Shown one piece after another: positions 57,924 to 64,000 of a DNA stretch of 64,000 nt. Both the position numbers and the translations under genes were made by a program. The first letter of the stretch is position 1; each line of letters begins with the position of its first letter. Origin of the DNA: Acidimicrobiia bacterium (GTDB lineage Bacteria; Actinomycetota; Acidimicrobiia; Spongiisociales; UBA5794); NCBI GenBank assembly GCA_965216945.1, contig CBDCGU010000003.1, positions 899,868 to 963,867 on the forward strand. Reading direction: 5' to 3'. The notes under the pieces were generated by a model. That model had not been told where the DNA came from. It saw nothing but the letters and a program-made list of their open reading frames with translations, and ran no database searches.

Positions 57924-58271
57924 TCAGGCTTGGGATTCCTCCACCGCAGCGCCATCGATCGCATCGGCGAGGCTTCGTAGCACGCCGGCGAAGAGAGTTC
58001 CGTTGGCCCTGTAGAGGACCGTCCTCCCCACCCGCTCCGAAGTGACGAGACCTGCCCTCTCCAGTTGGCGTAGATGCCTCGACACGACCGACACGTGGAC
58101 CGGGACCGTCTCGCTGAGCGCTGTCACCGACATCGGCTCGGTGGCGTCGAGCAACCGGATGATGATGTTCATCCTGTTGGGTTCTGCGAGGGCGGCGAAG
58201 AACTCCGGATCGGCGATGGCGCCGAGGTCGCAGCAGTCGACTCCCAGGTCGATATTTGCATGATTCTGCAT
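57924..58271 (-). CDS. ArsR/SmtB-family metalloregulator with CC metal-site motif
   Basis: 115 aa. VDCCDLG resembles the ELCVCDL alpha-3 site, and a winged HTH is present. Divergent from the MMPL gene, with an AT-rich 25-nt spacer. Confidence 0.8.
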   Translation of the reverse strand: MQNHANIDLGVDCCDLGAIADPEFFAALAEPNRMNIIIRLLDATEPMSVTALSETVPVHVSVVSRHLRQLERAGLVTSERVGRTVLYRANGTLFAGVLRSLADAIDGAAVEESQA

Positions 58272-58292
58272 CTTTTGTATTCTAGTGCAAAT

Positions 58293-59396
58293 ATGCAACC
58301 AAGTCGAGGACTGAGTCGGATGGACCGCGCCACTGCGGTGATGTGGATCCTCCTCGTCATGGCGGGAGCCATCTCGGGCGTCGTCGTCTTCGATCGGCTG
58401 GACTCGAGCCTGGACCCCGCACCGTCGTCCGAGGCTGAAGTCGCCGAAGCTCGCCTCGCCGCGATCACGGGCGTCGGGGGCGACGTCGCCATCCTCGTGG
58501 ATGCCGATCCGATGGAGCCCGAGATCAGATCCGCAGTCGCTGCGGGAGTTGCTCGCCTGGCGGAGGCTCCCGGTGTCGTGGAGGTTGCCTCGGGCGTCGC
58601 TGATCCCAGGCTGGTGAGCCACAATGGCACGGCGTTCTTGATCGTCGCCGGCGTGGCACCAGCACTGATGGAAGACCAGGCGGAGGAGCTGCTCACCACG
58701 GTCGACCTGGTCGCCAGTTCCTTGCCGGCCGTCACGAGCGTCGGAGGCAGCGTCGTCCTCGACGAGGAGTTGGGCGCCACGGCCGAGTCCGATCTGATCC
58801 GCGCCGACGCCATCGCCGTGCCTCTGGTGGTGCTCCTCGCCGGGCTGGCACTTGGCAGGCTGCGCACCGCCGTCGTGCCGATGCTGATCGTGATCACGGC
58901 GGTGACGGTCCCGCTCGGAATTCTCCTGGTGCTGTCGCTCGTGACCGACGTCTCGGTGTTCGCAGTGAATGTCGTGACGATGTTCGGGGTGGGGCTGGCG
59001 GTCGATTACGGGCTCTTGATCGGAATGAGATACCGCGAGGAGCGACGCCGCCACGACAACCCGGCCGCCGCTATCGAGGTCACCATGGCCACCGCCGGCC
59101 GGGCCGTCCGCTACTCGGGGGTAACGGTGGCCGCTGCACTGGCGGGGCTCTTGGTGTTCGAGGAGTCGCTACTGCGATCGCTCGCATACGGAGGAATCGC
59201 CGCCGTTGCGGTCGCAGTAACCGCCGCATCGACCATCGTGCCGCTCGTCTTGCGGCGCTATCCCGACATTCTTCCCGTCCGGGCGGCCGCCCCGTCCGAA
59301 TCGGGCGTGCTCAGTCGCATCGCTCGACTCGTCGCACGGCATCCAGCCGAAAACTACTGCTGCTCGCCGCCGTCCAGCATCGGCCGGCCCTCTTGA
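58293..59396 (+). pseudogene. MMPL/RND-superfamily transporter, N-terminal half only (truncated)
   Basis: TM1, a periplasmic loop and TM2-6 with the MMPL hallmark GLAVDYGLLIGMRYREE. The reading frame then runs out of MMPL-like sequence and into an ABC fragment in another frame near 59345. Confidence 0.6.
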
Positions 59397-59695
59397 TCCT
59401 CGACGAACCTTTCAGAGGACTCGATCCGCTGGCCGCGGTCGTGATGCGGCGCATCATGGTGAGCTGGCCCCTGGCCGAAGATCGAGCCTGTCTGGTGGCC
59501 ACTCACGACCTCGACGCGGCAGAACGTCTGTGTGATCGGGTCTTCATCCTGGCCGGTGGACGCATCATCGCTGCCGGAATCCCGAGTCAGATGCTGGAGT
59601 CGAGCGGTGCGTCGAGTTTGGAACAACACTTCATCGAGGTCTCCGGCCTCCGGTCGGCTCTCGATGAAACCGAGCGCATTCTGGAGGTCATGTGA
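59393..59695 (+). pseudogene. ABC transporter ATP-binding protein, C-terminal fragment (Walker B, D-loop, H-loop only)
   Basis: Contains LLILDEP, a D-loop and the ATHDL H-loop. No Walker A, Q-loop or LSGGQ occurs upstream in any frame. The ABC-like sequence starts near 59354. Confidence 0.6.
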
Positions 59696-59982
59696 GGGAA
59701 TCAACACGGACGGAACGGCGGCAGTCGGTCGCGCCCAGGGTGGTCGGCATCGCTCTCGGCTCGCTCGTTGCGGCTATCGGCATCACGCTCGTGGCATTGA
59801 TGGTGTTGTTGTTCGCGGCGGCCGCCTTCGAACTCGACATATCCGCACCGTGGGCAGGAATCGAGGTACGGGGCGGCCCGCAGTTCGGTCTCACCGCCGA
59901 CGGACGTATCGTCGTGCCCATCCTCGTAGTGGCCGCGATCACTGCGGTGATCGCCACGCTCGTCTCTCGTCGGGCCGCATGA
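59692..59982 (+). CDS. small 2-TM membrane protein
   Basis: 96 aa. GTG overlaps the upstream stop (GTGA) and the stop overlaps the permease ATG (ATGA). Confidence 0.45.
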   Translation: MRESTRTERRQSVAPRVVGIALGSLVAAIGITLVALMVLLFAAAAFELDISAPWAGIEVRGGPQFGLTADGRIVVPILVVAAITAVIATLVSRRAA

Positions 59983-61463
59983 CACCTGCGGCGATCGCGG
60001 TTGCGCGGTTGATCGTTCGATCATGGCGCCATGGTCTCGACCGCCTGACGGGGGGGCGAGCGTGGGTGGTATGGATCATGACCGGAGGACTCCTCACAAC
60101 AGCAGTGGTTGTCTGGGTGTTCTCGGCTTCGTTGGCGTCGAAGACGTTTGGTGACGTACTCGCACATGATCCCGCACTCGGTCCAGCGATCCTTCGCTCG
60201 CTCGCCAACAACGCCGCCCTCGTGGCGACGCTGATGATGACGATGCTGATGGTCATATCTCCAAGCGCCGACAGCCTCAACAGGCTGATGGCGATGTCCC
60301 CCATCTCGGCGCGACAGGGCCTGATCGGTCTTGCACTCCCGGCCGGAACCATCATGCTGTTGGTGACGGTGGCGCTCTACGGTGGGCCGGCCGCCGCCAC
60401 GATCGCATCCGGATGGACAGCATCCACCGAGCGACTCTGGGCGTCGATCCTGGTGGTCGCGACCGCGATCTACATCGTCTTGGTCGTAACTGCGGGGTTG
60501 TTGGTGATCGAAGGAACCACCAAGCGATTCCTGCGTCTGCCCCGGCAGTTGGCGCGCATCGTCGCCGCTCTGGTGATGGCGGCTCTTGCGAGTGCCTACA
60601 CGCTGGCGGAGGTCGCGATGCTGACCTCATCGACGCCCGAGTCCCGGCTGACGGTGTCGCCGTTCAACTGGCCGATGCAGGGACTGCACTTCGCAGGGTC
60701 GGAACGAGTCGGCTGGTTCCTGCTCATCATCTCCGCCGCCCTGGCGATTTCGCTCGGAGCCGCCGCCCTCGGCTCTCGGCAGCCGGTCCAAGGTGATATG
60801 GCTGCGATGGCGCCGCTGAGGTCCACGGCGGCACAGCATCCGGCTGTCGCACGATCGCTGTGGTGGCCGTCGGCGATGCAGCTGATCAGGGAGCCGGAGG
60901 TGATGCTCTATCTCGTTGTGTTCTTCGGTGGCTTCGCAGCGCTCTCGATCGCAGGTCAGTTCTCGTCACTCGAGCTGCTTGGCGCCGTCGGTTCCAATCT
61001 GGCGTGGGTCTTGGCCGGTGGCCTTGCGCTGCTCTCGTACGGATTGACCGTCCGAACCCGTTGGGTCACGGACTCGAGCCCGGTCACGGCTCGGCGACTC
61101 ATGACCCATTCGGACCTGACCATCACCACCGTGGTCGGGCTGACGGCCTCGCTGCTCATGGGTCTCGCCCTCGTCGCCACGGGCCGTTTCCCCGCGGTGT
61201 CGGATGTCGCTGCGAGCGTGCTCTTCGGCGTTGTCGTCTTGATCACGATGCGCACCGCCGGTGTCGTGGCACCCTACGACCGCGACGTGCCCCTGTCGGC
61301 GATCTTCCCCCTGACGCTGTCGATCCTCGGAAGTGTTCCCGTACTGTGGGGATTGTCTCGTCTGCCGGCTGGGCGTCCGGCTGTCGCACTGCTTGTGGTG
61401 TGCCTGCTCGCCATCGGCTCCCACCACGTCAATGTCGTGCGAGTCGAGCTGACGCGGCCGTGA
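59979..61463 (+). CDS. ABC-2 type transporter permease
   Basis: About 494 aa from the internal ATG (MTPAAIAV...) with 10-12 TM segments. The track ORF 5-prime extension is Arg-rich and probably not translated. Confidence 0.7.
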   Translation: MTPAAIAVARLIVRSWRHGLDRLTGGRAWVVWIMTGGLLTTAVVVWVFSASLASKTFGDVLAHDPALGPAILRSLANNAALVATLMMTMLMVISPSADSLNRLMAMSPISARQGLIGLALPAGTIMLLVTVALYGGPAAATIASGWTASTERLWASILVVATAIYIVLVVTAGLLVIEGTTKRFLRLPRQLARIVAALVMAALASAYTLAEVAMLTSSTPESRLTVSPFNWPMQGLHFAGSERVGWFLLIISAALAISLGAAALGSRQPVQGDMAAMAPLRSTAAQHPAVARSLWWPSAMQLIREPEVMLYLVVFFGGFAALSIAGQFSSLELLGAVGSNLAWVLAGGLALLSYGLTVRTRWVTDSSPVTARRLMTHSDLTITTVVGLTASLLMGLALVATGRFPAVSDVAASVLFGVVVLITMRTAGVVAPYDRDVPLSAIFPLTLSILGSVPVLWGLSRLPAGRPAVALLVVCLLAIGSHHVNVVRVELTRP

Positions 61464-62230
61464 TGAGATGGAAAGTCCCTTCCGGCCGGATGCGTCTCGC
61501 CGACGGTGTGAAGCTGGAACGCAACATGCTCATCGACGAGGCTCTCGATATCCGCGTCGTTCTCTCGCCGTCGCAAGAGGCGGTGATCCGGAGCCTGCCC
61601 GCCAGGATCACCGACAGCGGCGACGCAGAGACGCGGCACATGTTGCGAGAGCTCGCAGCGGCATTCATCGTCGTGAGGAACGATGCAACCGTTGCAGCCA
61701 ACAGGCGAGTTGACATTCCGGGTACGGCGTTCTTCGTCTTGCTGATGCGGATGCTGAGAATCGTCACGGTCCAGCTGTGGTGGCTCGGCATGATCGCGAT
61801 CGTGGCGGCATCGTTGATGATCATGGCGGGATATCGCAGCGCATCGAGCCTCTTGTTCCTCGCCATGCCAGCACTCATCACGATTGGCGGCATCGCCCTG
61901 CACGAGACGGGACACCTCTATGCGGTGCGGCGCACCACCGGCAACGATCTGCTGGGGGTTGTGATCACCCGTCCGATCGGGATCGAAGTGATGCGTCCGC
62001 CGGTTCCTGCCGCGGACAGCACCATCGCCGCGGCGGGCCCGCTGACCCCTTCGGTGGTGGACTCGGTCGGCGCCCTCATCGGTGCTCTGTCTTCTGTGCC
62101 CGTCGTGGTGCTTGCGGGCCTGCTGCTGTCCGTGCACCTCCTGACTCTCCTCCCCTGGCTGCCCGACGGCAAGGAGGTCTGGTCCGGTAGCGTTGCGATC
62201 ATGGACGCGGATGGGAAGGGCGGTGGTTGA
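61463..62230 (+). CDS. site-2-protease-like (M50-type) intramembrane zinc metalloprotease, minimal form
   Basis: 255 aa. HETGH inside a TM helix and LPWLPDG in a later TM resemble S2P motifs A and B. A cytoplasmic N-terminal domain of about 75 aa and no PDZ domain. Confidence 0.6.
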   Translation: MRWKVPSGRMRLADGVKLERNMLIDEALDIRVVLSPSQEAVIRSLPARITDSGDAETRHMLRELAAAFIVVRNDATVAANRRVDIPGTAFFVLLMRMLRIVTVQLWWLGMIAIVAASLMIMAGYRSASSLLFLAMPALITIGGIALHETGHLYAVRRTTGNDLLGVVITRPIGIEVMRPPVPAADSTIAAAGPLTPSVVDSVGALIGALSSVPVVVLAGLLLSVHLLTLLPWLPDGKEVWSGSVAIMDADGKGGG

Positions 62231-62246
62231 CCAGCCCGGCTCGCCA

Positions 62247-62735
62247 ATGGATCGACGAGGACAGGCCGCAGAGCTGGCGAAGGCACTCCTGGGGCGCGGG
62301 AGATCCGGTCTGACCGATCCCGCTGTCGTGGATGTCTTCGACGACGGCGACTTCGTGGTGGTGGTCGTGTCCGGGTCCGGCCCTGGACCGCTGCAGCCCG
62401 TGGCCGTCGTCGTGGTCAGGCACGGCTCGATCGTGGTGTCGGCGGTAGACGGGGGCGACCGATCGGTTGTCAACCGCCGCGGACCTGACGTCGAGTTCCA
62501 CGAGTTGACGGTCGAAATCGACGGAAGAATCTCCTTCGTCGTGGTATTCGGCCGTCACGATTCCATGGCAGGCAGCTTCGCCATTCGGCGACCCACGGGC
62601 AACGTCGCGGCGCGGCCGGCCAGCGGCGAAGGTCTGTTCGCCATCGGATACACGCCCGGCAACCGGCCGTCTCAACTGGTGGTGCTGGACAAGACCGGGC
62701 GCCGGGTCCGCGGCACGATGCAGCTCATCGCCTGA
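62247..62735 (+). CDS. hypothetical protein
   Basis: 162 aa with high GC3 and Val-rich beta-like segments. Alternative GTG start at 62223. Confidence 0.45.
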   Translation: MDRRGQAAELAKALLGRGRSGLTDPAVVDVFDDGDFVVVVVSGSGPGPLQPVAVVVVRHGSIVVSAVDGGDRSVVNRRGPDVEFHELTVEIDGRISFVVVFGRHDSMAGSFAIRRPTGNVAARPASGEGLFAIGYTPGNRPSQLVVLDKTGRRVRGTMQLIA

Positions 62736-62820
62736 TTGAGACCGAGCGATCGGCGACGGGTGATCCGGCTCGAAGGTGCGGTGCCGGAGCTCACCCACGT
62801 ATGCGAACTGATCACTCGAG

Positions 62821-63603
62821 CTAGTGGTGCGCCTCGTCGTCGAGGGGAAGCACGAGCGGGCAGTCGCGGAACGGGTGGTCGACAACGGCAACCGCTTGGC
62901 CGTAGGCCCGAGTCAGCGTTTCGGCGGTGAGGACCTCCGATGGCGGCCCGGCTGCTGCGGTACGACCGGCGACGAGGAGCACGAGCCGATCGGCGTAGGC
63001 GGACGCCAGGTTGAGGTCGTGGAGCACGACCACCACGGAGCCGCCGCCGTCGGCATGCGCCCGCACCCTGCGCATCACCATCTCCCGATGCCCCAAATCG
63101 AGCGAGGCCGTCGGCTCGTCGAGCAACACCAGGGGGGTCTGCTGTGCCCACACCCGGGCGAGCCCTACCCGCTGCCGCTCGCCGGTCGACAGCGTCCGCA
63201 CCGGCCGATCCGCCAGATGGGCGACATCGGCGCCGGCGATCGCTTCGTCGACGATGGCATCCTCAGTCCCGTCGATGACGAGACCGTCATGGGGGTGCCG
63301 GCCCATCGCCACCACATCCCGCACCGAGAAGAGCACCTCCGACGACTCCTGGGGAGCCAGGTAGGCGCGTCGCCGTGCCAGCTCTGTCAGGGTCAGCTCG
63401 CCAGGTGGCGAGCCTCCCAGGGTCACGGAGCCTTGCTCCGGCGCGAGGTCGGCGGCCATGAGACGCAGCAGGGTTGTCTTGCCGGCACCGTTGGGCCCGA
63501 CGATGGCAACGACCTCGCCCCTCTCGACGGCCATGGTGACGGTGTCGAGAACCCGGACTCCGCCCAGAGTCACGGTGACCCCCGCCAGCTCGATGGCCCT
63601 CAT
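62821..63603 (-). CDS. iron(III)-siderophore/hemin ABC transporter ATP-binding protein (FecE/HmuV-like)
   Basis: 260 aa. Walker A GPNGAGKTT, signature LSTGERQR and Walker B LLDEP. ATGA overlap with the upstream permease. Confidence 0.9.
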   Translation of the reverse strand: MRAIELAGVTVTLGGVRVLDTVTMAVERGEVVAIVGPNGAGKTTLLRLMAADLAPEQGSVTLGGSPPGELTLTELARRRAYLAPQESSEVLFSVRDVVAMGRHPHDGLVIDGTEDAIVDEAIAGADVAHLADRPVRTLSTGERQRVGLARVWAQQTPLVLLDEPTASLDLGHREMVMRRVRAHADGGGSVVVVLHDLNLASAYADRLVLLVAGRTAAAGPPSEVLTAETLTRAYGQAVAVVDHPFRDCPLVLPLDDEAHH

Positions 63604-64000
63604 CGCAGCCACCTGTGGCGCCGTGCCAAGGCCCAGACGAAGACCGGACCCCCGAGACCGGCGGTGAGCAGACCGACCGGGATCTCGACCGGGGCGGCCA
63701 CGGTCCGGGCGAGCGTGTCCGCCAGCACGACAACCGAGGCGCCACCGAGAGCCGCCAGTGGCACGAGCCACCGGTGCGTCGGTCCGATGACCCAGCGCAG
63801 CAACAAGGGAACGACGAGGCCGACAAACCCGACGACTCCGGCCAGACTCACCGCAGCGCCGGCGGCCAGTCCGCAGCCGGCAAGTGTGATCCCGGCCAGC
63901 CGATCCACGTCGATGCCGAGATGGCGAGCCTCCCATTCCCCGAGCGCCAGGATGTCGAGGCGCCTCGCCACCCCCCACACGAGTGCCGCACCCGCCACGC
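63600..64000 (-). CDS. FecCD-family iron-siderophore ABC permease (C-terminal part, runs off the window edge)
   Basis: The C-terminal TM segments are typical of FecCD/BtuC permeases. Confidence 0.75.
   Translation of the reverse strand, partial: VAGAALVWGVARRLDILALGEWEARHLGIDVDRLAGITLAGCGLAAGAAVSLAGVVGFVGLVVPLLLRWVIGPTHRWLVPLAALGGASVVVLADTLARTVAAPVEIPVGLLTAGLGGPVFVWALARRHRWLR

Noticed and set aside
58293-59396. Idea that the MMPL ORF is an intact half-size transporter
   Set aside because: Its frame reads directly into an ABC ATPase fragment in another frame, so truncation by deletion is more likely. An intact short MMPL remains an alternative.
60860-61462. First 200 codons of track ORF 60860..62230
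   Set aside because: They overlap the ABC-2 permease in another frame. The protease starts at the ATG at 61463, which overlaps the permease stop.
1-64000. Prophage, integron, transposon or defence-island signatures
   Set aside because: No integrase, transposase, restriction, Cas, helicase-nuclease or toxin-antitoxin signatures were recognised. The tRNA-Thr has no adjacent integrase or direct-repeat att site.

Overview
This is a 64 kb window of high-GC (about 70%) actinobacterial chromosome. Coding density is about 90%, and many adjacent genes are coupled by 4-nt GTGA or ATGA stop/start overlaps. Most of the window is core genome with mycobacterium-like synteny: ftsH-hpt-tilS, a sigH/rshA-type ECF sigma pair with its ZAS anti-sigma factor, tRNA-Thr, plsC-holB-MFS-topA, and a Tad/Flp pilus locus next to an Rv3661-like HAD hydrolase. 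Other elements are a proton-pumping pyrophosphatase (hppA), two separate Trk potassium uptake loci, an LCP-family lipoprotein, a glycine betaine module (proX/proV/proW-betA), leuCD, a SARP-family regulator, a WS/DGAT acyltransferase and the start of an iron-siderophore ABC importer. Items not explained by routine annotation are: (1) a six-gene operon at 46.9-52.9 kb encoding two paralogous polytopic membrane proteins, a GAF-PP2C phosphatase fused to an RsbW-type kinase, two STAS proteins and a terminal unknown protein, with no sigma factor; its GAF domain appears split across a frame-shifted GTGA junction. (2) a Flp pilin gene of 59 codons that is absent from the ORF track. (3) a degraded export/protease island at 57.9-62.7 kb, where an MMPL fragment is joined out of frame to an ABC ATPase C-terminal fragment, followed by an ABC-2 permease and a site-2-protease-like membrane metalloprotease, next to an ArsR-type regulator with a CC metal motif. 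(4) a 95-bp tandem duplication carrying a GC hairpin immediately 3' of betA. (5) a GT4 glycosyltransferase GTGA-coupled to a double histidine-phosphatase protein. (6) a small acidic ORF GTGA-coupled to a membrane-anchored repeat protein and a MarC-like protein. No CRISPR array, rRNA, integrase, transposase or recognisable defence genes were seen. Coordinates for features not on the ORF track were read from the printed sequence lines and may be off by 1-2 nt.
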